A DNA stretch of 64,000 bases from Octopus sinensis (Eukaryota). The position numbers and the translations under genes are program-made. Below are positions 51,841-64,000 of the stretch, piece after piece. The notes beneath the pieces are model-generated. The model saw only the letters and a program-made list of their open reading frames with translations, was not told where the DNA came from and did not search any database. The stretch lies in assembly GCF_006345805.1 (NCBI RefSeq), contig NC_043005.1, positions 19,654,001 to 19,718,000 of the forward strand, given 5' to 3'. How positions within the stretch are numbered: position 1 is the first letter of the stretch; every line of letters starts with the position of its first letter.

Positions 51841-54060
51841 ATATATAAATATGTGTGTGTGAGCATTTATTCATGTATTTATATGTAACTGTGCGTCTGT
51901 ACACTCATATATATTTATTCCTTTATGTATTATATACTAAGGGTAATAAATTGAAGTATAATGAAATGATATTTTCGATTTAAGACTTGTAAAGTAACAA
52001 ACGCAACAAAAGAATTTGGACAGAATACTATAGAGAATTAACAATTACGTATTTATTTTAAAGATGCAAGACTAACATGGAATGATATGTACGTATGTGT
52101 GTACGTTTGTACGTTTGTGTGTGCATGTGTGTATGTATGTATGTGTGTGTATGTGTTTCATTACAACGGAACAGCTATAGTCAGGTTTCAAATCAAATTA
52201 TATTTGCCGATTTGCTTTATATTCATCACAATCTCCATGGGGGTCCTTATTTGATCATACTTTTCCTCCACTTCTACTTTCTTCTCCTATCTATGCCCAT
52301 CCAACTTATTATTATTATTTTTATTTTTATTATTATTATTATTATTATTGTTATTATTATTATTATTATTACTATTATTACTATTAACAATTTATGCTGA
52401 AACAAACAAATGCCTCTGAGGGAGTTCTACAAAGAAAGTAATTACCGGATAACCTTATAAAAAATATGTTTCGTTGTTTGAATTTTCCTAACCGAAGGCT
52501 TTCGTATTGTTTGAGGGGCCACCCCGTTATTTCAAGTTGCAGGAAAAAAATTTTCTTTATACATTTTAACTGCTTACTTATATTTTTTCTTTTATTTTTA
52601 TTTACTTTATTTATTTATTTTTTTTTTTTGCAAGCAGCCATATTTTTTTATTTTCAGTATTTGCCCACTTTGCAAGACGATCGCAGCAGAAGTACTAGGA
52701 TAAGTTTCTCACTACAATAAAAGCAGTGGGGACTTCAAGATTTACGGCCTAAAATTTTTTATATGAATGAAAAGAATTAAAAAGGAAAGAAGGCAGTGAA
52801 AATGCCAAACATGGAGTTTCAAACTTTAAGCACTTCTACGATAAACCACAAATCTACAATAAAACAAGGAATACTATTAAAAACTTTAATTTGAACAAAA
52901 TAGAAATTTTTAAAAAGCAGTGACATCTCCGGCTACGATATTTCCATATTTACAAACGTTGTAACAGAAGAAGGGAACAAAGTAAACTCACGAAAGAAAA
53001 TGCATCCTTACTCGATGAATTTATCTAGAAACAGATAAAGAGGAATGTGGTTCCGTTTCAAAGAAAATGGAGTAGTCTCCATATACTTAAAATGAAAACT
53101 TAGGGAGACTCCTGACCGCTGTGTGGCACATGTATACTTTAGCGATTTTAGTGGAGTATATAGAAATGAGCAACTAATCGTTAAGATGTAGGAGGAGGTG
53201 AGATAACTGGCAGAGTTTGAGCAAACTTTCTCACAAACTGACATACCAGTTTAATGGTCATGGATAGAGATACTGTTGCTGACATAAATTCTTAGCTTGC
53301 CCGTAACCTTTGCAAGCTACTACAGGGAGGTGCTAGGGAAGGAAGTTCTAACATTTGCTTGTCTATAAGGGCATCCAGATCTTAATGATACAGGAACACT
53401 GCAAGGTTATCCCTACTGAGAGACTACAAAATGGATCAATGAAATTGATGATGCAAACGAATGCTACCAAGTGGTAGTAAAAGCAACTTCAGGATCATAG
53501 TCCCGGAAGAGAACAAAAAGAAAAGGAAAAATGGAGTTGCAGATAGCAAAAGAAGAGGTAGCAACAACAACAACAGGCCCCAAAGGCAAAGACGATTTCT
53601 GTTTCTACATCTGTATCCAGACTACATCTGTATCCAGACTACAGCTGACCGCCTGTGCCAAGAATAGCTGGAGCGGATGAAAGCTAAGTCACCTCATCCT
53701 CAAAACTACCATCACCATTATCTAGAAACTAAGAGGTTTTCTCATTCAACAGAAAACCGGGCAAAGTAGCAGTACATTATCACCATCTTAAAGTGACAGA
53801 GAGAACATAGAGATTGGAAAGGGGTGTGAAACTAATAAGAAAATAATTAGTGAAGGCTGCAGATTCCTCACGCAGATGAGCATATCTGACAGAATACTTT
53901 GGCGTCAAAATTATTCGAGTTTGTAAAGATTATTCGAAGGAAAAGCTGCATGAAATGATGGATAAATGAGGGATGGGAAGAATACGAAAAGGACAAACTC
54001 TCGGTAAAAACAACGTCACATGTCTATATACAGATAATAAACTATTCCCCTGTGGGATAT

Positions 54061-54132
54061 GTGTGCGTGATTGAAGATAGAGGCACCAGAGTTCAAGTGT
54101 GCGTGATTGAAGAGAGAGGCACCAGAGTTCAA
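54061..54132. repeat. 36-bp tandem duplication
   Basis: gtgtgcgtgattgaaga(t/g)agaggcaccagagttcaa twice. Confidence 0.9.
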
Positions 54133-54249
54133 CCATTCTCGAAAATACAGGGGGGCAAATTCGGACGATTCAGTTTTTAGAATGGAATCACAGCCGTAAG
54201 GTACACCTGCTCCTACCTTGCCTGGTGAGAGTTGCGACCAATTCCGAAT

Positions 54250-54625
54250 AAGAGAATATACTTTCTACAAGAGGTACAAGGCCTGAAATCTTAGAAGAGT
54301 GGTTCCCCAGTGTTTGACTGGTACATATTTTCACTGACCCCGAAGGAATGAAATACAAAGACAACTTCGGTGGCATTTGAAATGCCGCTATTTTGTCCGG
54401 GGGTTCTAACGATTCTTTTCTACTCTAGACACAAGGCTCGAAATTTTGGGGGAGGGGGTCAGTCGATTAGAGCGACCTCAGTACACAACTGGTACTTAAT
54501 TTCTCGACCCGAAAGAATGAAAGACAAAGTCGACCTCGGCGGAATTTGAACTTAGAACGTTAAGACAGACCAAATGCCGCTAAGTATTTTGTCCGAGGTT
54601 CTAATGATTCTAGCAGCACGCTGCA
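54250..54625 (-). mobile_element. Two head-to-tail SINE family B copies
   Basis: Reverse complements contain gagttcaaattccgccgaggtcgac-like and tttcggggtc-like blocks at about 54250-54415 and 54416-54625. Confidence 0.7.
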
Positions 54626-54828
54626 TTAGAAGAGAATATAACATCAAGAATAACGAATGCTCCGAATCTGGCATGTCATTAAAGGTAAGGCAGTCAGAAT
54701 GTTTTTTCTTGAGACAATAGGGCAGTTGTTGCTCAAGTTTTGTCTCAAAAGAGGGCATCAACAAAACTGTTATCCTACCTTGACTCTAGCAGTCATAAGA
54801 CTTAAACATGAACGAAAAGCGTGTATAT

Positions 54829-54878
<50 letters not shown>

Positions 54879-54888
54879 TATATATATA

Positions 54889-55074
54889 TGTTGTAGTTAA
54901 AGCACATAATTGTATACATATATATATATGACACCGGTCGAGAATTCCCTACACTTATCGGTCAGTTTCGGCTAGTTCCGTAGTCTCATCAGCAGTGACC
55001 GCTCGATTTGGCTGAGTCTGGACTTAATTCTCTGTCAGTACATATGTATACAATTATGTGCTTTAACTACAACA
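54889..55074. repeat. Fold-back element: perfect 33-bp inverted arms around a hammerhead relic
   Basis: tgttgtagttaaagcacataattgtatacatat / atatgtatacaattatgtgctttaactacaaca; minus-strand CTGATGA...GAAAC at 54959-55001. Confidence 0.8.
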
Positions 55075-55837
55075 TTAGAGCTTTTTATCACTTATTTCTA
55101 TCAATGTAGGTATTCTAACACCCTAGTCATATTTAGTGACAATTATAGTTTTCCTTTTTGTTAGCATATTGCACACGACTGTCAACATTAAATTTTTATA
55201 CACACACACAGATATTCACATACGTATAAATGTATATACATATAAATATCTACATATTCAGTCAGCAAAAGAGATGTAGAGATGCTATTTGCCAATTTTC
55301 CCTCCTGATGAAAGAAGCCGGTCAAACCAGGATTTTCTGAGTCTGCTTCTCTTTCGGTCCAGCTTCAACTGTACTCTGAAGTATGGTTCTGGGCAGGGAG
55401 TGTGGCAGGATGCACGACAGTACCAAGCAACCGTTTGTCTTTTTACTCGCGGAAGGAGTGGTTCCTGTCTGCCAGCGTATGTATTGGCTTGCTGCCTAAC
55501 AAAGATATTCGTTTTGTGCTCTGTGTGCGGGATGAAGCTCTTGTGCTCAAATGCCGGGATTCTTCGCTTCATGTTAGCTGTAAGAATCCAGCTCTTACAT
55601 CCATATATTTCATCTACTAATAATGAACATCACGACTATTACGTAATACCAGATTCCTAGAAACAGCTGTTGGGTTAGGAATGTATGCATTAACCCTTTA
55701 GTTTCCTGTATTTTTTATACATTATGTAAAAGTAAAATTATTTGTCAATATATATAGATATCTATATGCTTGTACATATGAGTTTATCTTCTGAATATAT
55801 TAGTCTTAGTGTCTATCTATCTATCTATATATCTATC

Positions 55838-55876
<39 letters not shown>

Positions 55877-57532
55877 CTGTGTGTCTGTGTGTATGTGTGT
55901 GTGTGTGTGCGTGTGTGCGTGTGCGTGTGTGTGCGTGTGCATACATATGTAATTATGTATAATATTTGAGTGTATTACTGTCGATACCAACTTTATTCTA
56001 GTGAATTTTCTACCATAAAACTAAATGATAAAAGCTTGCGACCATCCCACAAATCGAATGAGAAATTAGTGTACGATAGACAATCAAATCTCGCGCACGC
56101 ACACTTGCACACACGAACACACGCACTCCCCAGCATTAGCTGACAACATTAAACAGGTATCCTGAATAACTTTGTATGTTTATGGTTTTATGAGGACAGC
56201 TGGTTATTATAACCAAGCGTTGAGGAACAGAGTGTTTTGCTGCAAGATCATATACGTAAAATGTACTGAAAGTATACAGCGTAGGAGTAGAAATAGAAAA
56301 AGCAATATTTTATGATACAACCCAGTATTTCATCTGGCGCTAAAAATTAATATTGCAAGAGAATTCCTTAATAAATTGTGATTTTATGCTGGGGCATAAT
56401 TTCAGTAAGATATCATTTAAGAATATTAAGGTAATTATTCAGAATTACCTTAATATATTAAGATAATTATTCAGAATTTCATTTTTTTATTTCAGCGGTG
56501 ATAATGCTGTAAGGTTGAATAGGTAAACAGCTGACACAAACCAATCATGCAGCTTCAAAATTGGAAAGAATTACCCACAAGATAATAAACGTTTGGCAAA
56601 TTCGATAGTATACAACTCTAAAGAAAAAAAGACAGAGATGAGCCTAAAGTACGTATTTGAGTAACTGAATTGACTTTAGAAAATCAATTTTATAAACACA
56701 TTCATTTGCTACTCTTATGAAAAATATGCTCCAGTTTTTTTATATGGTTCTTATACGAGGTGAATTTTCCCAAATTTAAAATTACATGGTGAATTGTAGA
56801 TTAGGCAGAATCCTAGAGGAACAGTAGTTTTAAATAAAATATGCCGTAAGACTTTGAGTGAAAAAACATAATAATTTTGTTGAATAATTTTGTGTCGAGG
56901 AAGTAAAATGTTGAACATACGAACAAAAATATTTGCGTCTTATACACGTATGCAAGGAACTAAGTATCTTTTGTGAAAATATAAGTCTCCTTTGATGTGC
57001 GATCATGTTTGGATAATTAACTTTTGTTTCAAAGTGTTTCTTTTTTTTAATTGTTTTTAAAAAATAGCTTAAAAATCAACGCGATTTTATACGAGGACTG
57101 ATCGTGGAAGATCTCAATTGTACAAGTTTTAAGACTAGAATGCAATAAGACTGTTTGAGTAATCCCTCGAAAACCAGAAATGAAATGCAAAAACCGGTAA
57201 CTTGAAACAGCAGTTTTTGAACGTATCGTTCGCACGACTTTCTAAAAAGCATAGATAAGCGTTTTCTCAGTGGCTTCTGTAAAACGTTTCAAAAGGTATT
57301 CAAACATTAGGTAATTCAATAGTAAACAAACTTCTATGTGAATCATCAGAAATTAAGATATATATACATATACATACACACACACATACGTGGACAGTAT
57401 GCACAGAAGGTGTGCGGTCACATTCTTTGAAAGAAGTTGTTGCCCATACACACACACCACACACACACACAGGAAAAATCTTGATGCCGTCGGTTATTTT
57501 TCTGCGCCAGTTTATATATTTATATATACCAG

Positions 57533-57715
57533 GTCAAATTCACATACATGAATGGCCATTTCGGGAGCTTACCACCGCGATTCAATTATACTAAAGTGCA
57601 TCACAGTGATGACCCCCCCCCCTCATCAGGATGGACATGAAACTGGAAACACGTTAGTATAATTGACCCGCGGTGGTGAGCTCCCGAAATGGCCATTGAT
57701 GTATGTGAATTTGAC
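57533..57715. repeat. Fold-back element with 62-bp arms
   Basis: 57533-57594 versus 57654-57715, 4 mismatches. Confidence 0.85.
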
Positions 57716-58082
57716 ATGTGGAAGTCTGTTTATTTATGAACTTTGGACGCGAGGGGAGTAAAATGATATTTTCAAATATTTTTTAATCGTTTGATAAAAC
57801 TTTTTTAATCGTTGGACATTTAATTTTATCTTTGTCTATTAGTTTTTTGGTAGTTTACGAATTTTAGTCGTTTATATTTACCCTTTTGATTGGCCGTTCT
57901 ATTTGTATTTTATTTTTATTCGAATATATATTTTTACCTTCTGTGTTTTTATGTATATGTATTTCTTATGCGTTTAAGAACCGTCGTGATATTTATATGT
58001 GCTTAAATGTTTGAGGTATGGCGTTATATATAAAGTCGTTGACCCGAATTTAATGTTTATTCTATAACCAATGCTTCTTTAT

Positions 58083-58083
<1 letters not shown>

Positions 58084-58167
<84 letters not shown>
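58084..58167. repeat. Perfect (GATA)n tetranucleotide repeat
   Basis: Direct inspection. Confidence 0.95.
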
Positions 58168-58168
<1 letters not shown>

Positions 58169-58753
58169 TGTAACTTCATAGATTCATTTGAATGTTGCAT
58201 ATCATCGCTATTGGTGTTTTTCTGGCTCTCTTAACTCGAATCATCTCCTTGAGGTCGTTCAACTGAATGCAAGTGCAGTATTAAAGTCAATTCCACTTTT
58301 CTCTCGTAGAAATAGGTTCTTGTTAAATCTGGAGAGGGACAAGCGCCATTTGACAAGGCACGCCAACGGTGTACATAAATACATATATAAAAGCGAGTTT
58401 GTATGTGTGCGTGTGTGTGTTCCTTATGCATTCGAAAACTGAGCTGCCGATTTTGACGTGTAGGATATCAAAAAATTCAGTAATTTTTCGGCTACCAAAT
58501 GAAATTTAATTTCATTTACATATTTTTTTATATCTTATCTCAGCAACTAGCTTTAGTTATTTGAAAGACACTGCTCAGCAACGACCAGATTTCACTAGAA
58601 AGTGAAAATAGCTTCACACTTTCAATTTGAATCAAAATTACAAAGTGTTGCTTTACGAGAGTGACGATATGTGAATAATGAAAGTAATGTTTCTCCGAAT
58701 TTGTTACATCTGTACTATAATAAAGAAAGTTCCTTATCATTTACCTATATATG

Positions 58754-59560
58754 TTGGGTCATCCCATAGGCAATGCGTTTTTTTAAATTGCATAAACTAA
58801 AAGTTGGATGGGGACGGGTTAAACTACATCAACTTGCTATAAAAGCAGGTAGTAATTTTACCTTGTCCTTATTCTCAGTGCAAGTTTTGAAGTTCAAAGC
58901 TATAATGGAAGTGACAAAGGAGAATATTCGGCATATTTTGCTTTATGAGTTCAATAAAGGCAACAACGTGACGGAAAGTGCGAAGAAAATTAATGCAGTA
59001 TATGGGGATCGGATAATAAACGTAAGCCAGTCTCAACAGTGGTTTCAAAAATTTCGAGCCGAGAACTACAGCCTAGAAGACGAGCCTCGTCCTGGAAGAT
59101 CTGTATAGCTCGACGAGGACGTCCTGCAAACCCTGGTGGAATAAAATCTCATCGTAACTGTTGAGGATCTAGGAGAGAAACTTGGATTTGGTCATTCAAC
59201 CAGACATTCAAGTCAGTGCTAGAAGAAAAACGACTATTTTTGGTTTCAAGACGAAAAGTATTCTTCTATCAGGATAATGTTCGGCCACCTACAGCGAGGA
59301 TGACATTCCAAACGCTGGAACAGTTTGAATGGCAAACGATGCCTCACCTACCATGTTCGTCCGACATTGGCACATCTGATTATCATTTAGTCTTTAAAAT
59401 AATTTAGGCGGAAAAATATGAATTCTGTAGACGAGGTCAAATCAGTAGTGAAAGAGTATTTTTCGTCGCGGACAAATGAATTATGTAAGAAGGGCCTTGT
59501 AAGTCTCCCAGATAGATGGAAAAGCATTCTAGAAAATGAAGGAGAGTATATTTTAGATTA
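58754..59560 (+). mobile_element. Internally deleted mariner (cecropia/Hsmar1-like)
   Basis: 5' TIR ttgggtcatcccatagg; MEVTKENIRHILLYEFNKG...LEDEPRPGRS; FYQDNVRP...PHLPCSSDI.TSDYHL; right TIR not seen. Confidence 0.85.
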
Positions 59561-59698
59561 AAAAGAACTTGGCTGGTAGTAAATTCATACTCTAGATATA
59601 CGCAGTTGCGTTCTTTTTCAGTTAATATACACATATATATATACATGCATACGTAAAAACATGCATGTATGTATGTGTGTGTATATTTATGTATATGT

Positions 59699-59732
<34 letters not shown>

Positions 59733-59746
59733 TATATATATATATA

Positions 59747-60133
59747 TTCGTTAGTCTTTTGCGGAAAGATTTCAATATATACCTTCCTTGATGGAATTGC
59801 GATGTTTTTAATTGAGCAACCTATGAATTGATTCACCGTGATCACCGTGACCGACCACGCTATCAGATGTTGCTACACATCGCTGGTCACAATGCGCTTC
59901 GCATTGTTTTAGTCTTCAAATGACGACACCCCGCTGGCAAAGCGAGCAGGCCATATATATTTGAAGACTAAAACAATGCGAAGCGCATTGTGACCAGCGA
60001 TGTGTAGCAACATCTGATAACCTGGTCGGTCACGGTGATCACGGTGAATCAATTCATAGGTTGCTCAATTAAAAACATCGCAATTCCATCAAGGAAGGTA
60101 TATATTGAAATCTTTCCGCAAAAGACTAACGAA
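59747..60133. repeat. Near-perfect 175-bp inverted repeat with 37-nt loop
   Basis: 59747-59921 versus 59959-60133; I count 2 mismatches. Confidence 0.95.
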
Positions 60134-62420
60134 CTTATTAATAGGATGCGATGGAGAGCATTTTTTACGATACCAAACTTAAATCCAACATATCTGACCA
60201 AACCATAGAAAAGGATACTTATAATATGAAATCGTATAGGAACCCACCCTCCAAATCCTGATATGGCGAAATTTGAAAAAGATCTAGTGTATACAATGAA
60301 AAAGTTTCGTTTTTCAGATATACTAATACCTTTCAAAAGGAACTTCCCGAAACTATTTCTAAAATAAAATCATCAAAAATTGTGCATGTATTCTTTGATA
60401 AAACTGGGAACCTTTACTCATTACCTCCCGAGACTTACAACAATTTAATAATAAAGGAGCTTAACACCAATTATAAACACGCACATACTAACGCATTGAA
60501 GGAAATTAATAAGATACATTACAAATTTATGGCGGATTTGGACCTACTGAATAGAACCGAACCATATACGCCAAGAGCCCCGCACTTCTCCCTTCAGAAC
60601 CATACGCCTAACTTTCAATTAAAACCATCCGGTTAATCTGCCCCACTAAATCTGATGTAGGCAAGATTAGTATACTATTATAGATAGAATATTACCGCAA
60701 GTCAAATATAATGTTGTACTCTCTCTCTCTCTTTGGAATTCTACTGATAATGTAATCATATGGTTTCATTCGATCAATGATAAACATCGGACCAGTATTA
60801 TCCAATTCAATATTTCTGATTACTACCCATCTAGAATACCAACCCTGTTAAGTGACGCATTAACATTTGCCGAAACTATACAACCATGTCGCCAGCAGAT
60901 ATGAATCTAATTCTGGCAGTTAAAAAAAACCTTCATCAAATTTAACTCTAAAGACTGGACCAGAAGTACAACGTCGGACTTTTCGATATCATAATGGGAT
61001 CATCTGAGTCGGCCCAAATAACTGATCTTGTGGGTATATTTCTCCTCTCGCAAGTAAATCGGCGTTTTCTCAACATCACAGGTGGTCTCTATAGAGATGA
61101 TGCTCTGTTCACAATTAAAAACTTAACCTACCTCAGATCGAACGAACTAAGGAAACCCCCATTGAATTCTTTAAAAGTTATAACTCAAATATTGTTTTTG
61201 AAATAAATAATAAGGTGGCCAAATTCCTGGACGTTACACTTAACCTAAATACTAACCTATATTACTCATATATAAACCTAATCAATCGCTTCAATACTTG
61301 AATTCCCTTTCTAATAACCCTAGAGCAACTCTCAATACCTTAAAAACAACCATATCGATCAGAATCTCGAACATATCGGCTAATTAAGAGATATTCAACA
61401 CTCATGCTCCCTATTATAATAATGCTTTAAAATTAAGTGGTTACAAGGATAATATATTTTATATTCATAACACTAAACTAAAAATAAAATTGGATAAATT
61501 ATTCATGGGATCCAACTTACATCTAAAATTCTGGTCCTTCCATTAAATGAACCGGTGAAATACATAATCAGGTCATGGGTAAAGCTCGAAAAAATAATAC
61601 GTCATCCAGGAATTACCATAATAATATATTCTATAACTCTGACCAGTTGAATGAAACAAAGTCCTCTAAATCAAGGAAAAAGGAAGCTATATGGTTGCCC
61701 CGCCCCTTCTCACTTCAGGTCAGAAAATTACCGAAAACATTTTTTAAAGATTTTGAGAGAAAATTTCCCAAGATAACACAAGTTTACCCCATCTTCAACT
61801 AATCATTTGTGAAGCTTTCGTATTCTACTACTCCAAATTTAGGATTAATCATAGCCTCCATAAATAGATCAAAACTTAGACGTATTGTCTCATCCTGCTC
61901 TAATCCTGTTATTTCATCCCATAACCAAGATATTCATATTAGTACTAATATAAATGATGCGCCAGGTCACCCCACACCGGTCGAGGCACGAACAAGAACA
62001 TGTAACTGTCACAACCCAAATACATGCCCGCTTGATTGATCTTGTTTGCGCAGTAATGTGGTGTATAAGTGCTGTGTACAGATACCTGGCACAAATAGGG
62101 TTAAGGTCTATATAGGAAGTACGGTTGATTTCAAGCATCGCTACAGGGCTCACTTGAACTCCTTTAATATTTTAAGATATAAATCCACAACAACACTAGC
62201 TACATATATACATGATCTTAAATTGAGCAAAACACAATATTCTTTATCTGGATCCATCGTGGAGGAGACTTCTCTCTATAGTACAATCACACGAATATGT
62301 AGACTTTGCATTAAGGAATCAACACATATTCTCTGTAGTTATAATTCCTCATTACTGAATAAATTCACCGACACCATATAATCATGTATTCATAAGCACC
62401 ATTCAACTTTTAGGTATTTC
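60070..62420 (+). mobile_element. Near full-length but pseudogenised Penelope-like element (Naiad-like) with RT and C-terminal GIY-YIG
   Basis: NIAIPSR...INRMRWRAFF, FDKTGNLY, MGSSESAQITDLVG...GLYRDD, CNCHNPNTCPLD, NVVYK...VYIGST...ICRLCIKE; multiple stops and frameshifts. Confidence 0.85.
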
Positions 62421-63225
62421 AGTCAAACGAGATAGGAGGAGCGTTATACTCTAGGATTGATCATATTCCACCTAACACTTATATTCAAACTTTATCAACC
62501 TTCTCTTGGTTGTGTAATTTATTCATTTAGAACCCACCATACTTTCTATATTAATTTTCCATAATTCCTACTACACTATTTCCTCCTGCTCATAGGTATA
62601 ACTATATATATAAAGCCCAGCACAAAAGTAGGTTTTCTAATAAAAAGCATGATGTGACCTCTCTTCTAACACTCCCTGATGATGCAGGCAGTTATCTAAA
62701 ATTTTGGATATGAACATCTATTATTTACAAGGATTGATGTTCCCCAGAAATGGCCATAGGAGAATTCATTTGATATTTACCCGGAAAAAACAACGAAAAA
62801 CCAACGGTTAGACTTCGAATTATTTACTTTACACACTATACCCTGGACATCTTGTAATCTTTTTAACACCGACTTTAACCTAACACTTATTACTAAGTAA
62901 GACTATATCTTTTAATATGTTTATATATTTCGCATATATTTTTATAGATCTGCATAATTTGCCGTACATATATGACTATTATATTTTTAATATTTTTTGT
63001 ATATCTATAATTTTGAAATTTTTAGTATAGTGTTGATATTGAACTTTTTAATGAAAGATGCATTAAATATATTATAATACACCTTTTGGTTCGGTTTATA
63101 TTGTAATTCTTTTGAATTGTCGAACCTATCTGATTTTTCATCTTTAATTTGAAAATATATATATACCTAATGTCTCAGGTTCAATACTTGAGCACTTTAC
63201 AACACTGTCTGAAATAATAATAATA

Positions 63226-63256
<31 letters not shown>

Positions 63257-63260
63257 TATA

Positions 63261-63298
<38 letters not shown>

Positions 63299-63531
63299 TA
63301 TATATATATATATTATATATAGACATACATACATACATAAATATACATATATATATATATATGCATACATGCATACCTATATATACATATATATATACAC
63401 ATATATATATGTATATATATATATATATATATAACGGGAAGCTTTATGAAAATAAACAAAAGACGAAGGCAGGTGGAAAACAAACGAACAATTGTATTAG
63501 TATGGCGCTCAGGAAATATAAATAAAACAAG

Positions 63532-63569
63532 TCTTTAACGTTTCGAGCCTACGCTCTTCAACAGAAAGA
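63532..63569 (-). ncRNA. Minimal type I hammerhead motif with atypical core (CUGUUGA)
   Basis: Minus strand: TCTTT-CTGTTGA-a-GAGC-gtag-GCTC-GAAAC-GTT|AAAGA; palindromic AACGTT stem III. Confidence 0.55.
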
Positions 63570-63734
63570 TACACAGAGAGAGAAAAACACAGAAAGGAGA
63601 GAAAAAAAATGCGTGCAGTAGCTAACGAATCAACATGGCGATCTGATTTCGGCCAGAGGTCAAAGATCAAACATGAGACGCGAGAGCGAAATAAGGGGAG
63701 ATAATAGAGTTGATAAATGGGTTGAGGGACCAGC

Positions 63735-64000
63735 TAAAAGTGTGTGGGAGGGGTCTGCATGTGTGTATGTATAGGGTTGGTGTATGTATTAGTATGTATA
63801 AGGGTGTGTGTGTGTGTGTGTGTGTGTATGAGAGAGTATTAGTGCGTAAGATTGGTCTGGACGTGCGTATGTATGGGGTTGGTGTATGTATTAGTATGTA
63901 TTAGTATGTATTAGTACGTATTGGTATGTATAGGTGTGTGTGTGTGTGAGAGAGTATAAGTGCGTATGCGGGGTCTGGACGTGTGTATGTATAGGGTTGG
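63735..64000. repeat. GT-rich minisatellite (about 100-125-bp degenerate unit), runs off the window
   Basis: Recurring ggtctg(c/g)a(t/c)gtg(t/c)gtatgtat(a/g)gggttgg at about 63752, 63855 and 63972. Confidence 0.75.

Noticed and set aside
52800-53700. Purine-rich stretch that looks like decayed coding sequence
   Set aside because: Stops in all frames and no motif I can assign; a tblastx or HMM search against TE proteins would be needed.
62030-62045. In-frame TGA in the Naiad-like PLE as possible selenocysteine (some Naiads encode selenoproteins)
   Set aside because: The TGA falls after CPLD at a position that is normally Gly; nearby conserved Cys are ordinary TGT/TGC codons, and the element has many other stops and frameshifts.

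Overview
AT-rich, repeat-dominated eukaryotic genomic DNA. The SINE families, microsatellite load and transposon mix resemble an octopus (cephalopod) genome; this is an inference from recognised repeats, not a search result. No intact host protein-coding gene, rRNA, tRNA or CRISPR locus is supported, and most predicted ORFs are translated microsatellites or decayed transposon fragments. The window holds: (i) a pile-up of R4/Dong-type RLE retrotransposons in (TAA)n arrays (about 4-17 kb and 25-28.6 kb); (ii) several Penelope-like element (PLE) relics with RT/GIY-YIG remnants, fold-back ends and hammerhead-ribozyme (HHR) motifs; (iii) Tx1/L1 pieces, including an apparently ORF1-only element; (iv) deleted mariners, non-autonomous Helitrons, a 60-bp hAT-like MITE and two tRNA-derived SINE families. 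The standout is a young, non-coding 490-bp tandem array at 37136-38455. Each unit carries a complete type I hammerhead ribozyme on the minus strand with an unusually long, G-U-rich stem II, and the array ends in an inverted partial copy. This is the architecture of a non-LTR retrozyme, predicted to yield self-cleaved, circularisable 490-nt RNAs. A possible host promoter or first exon (YY1-like motif) lies near 51.27 kb.
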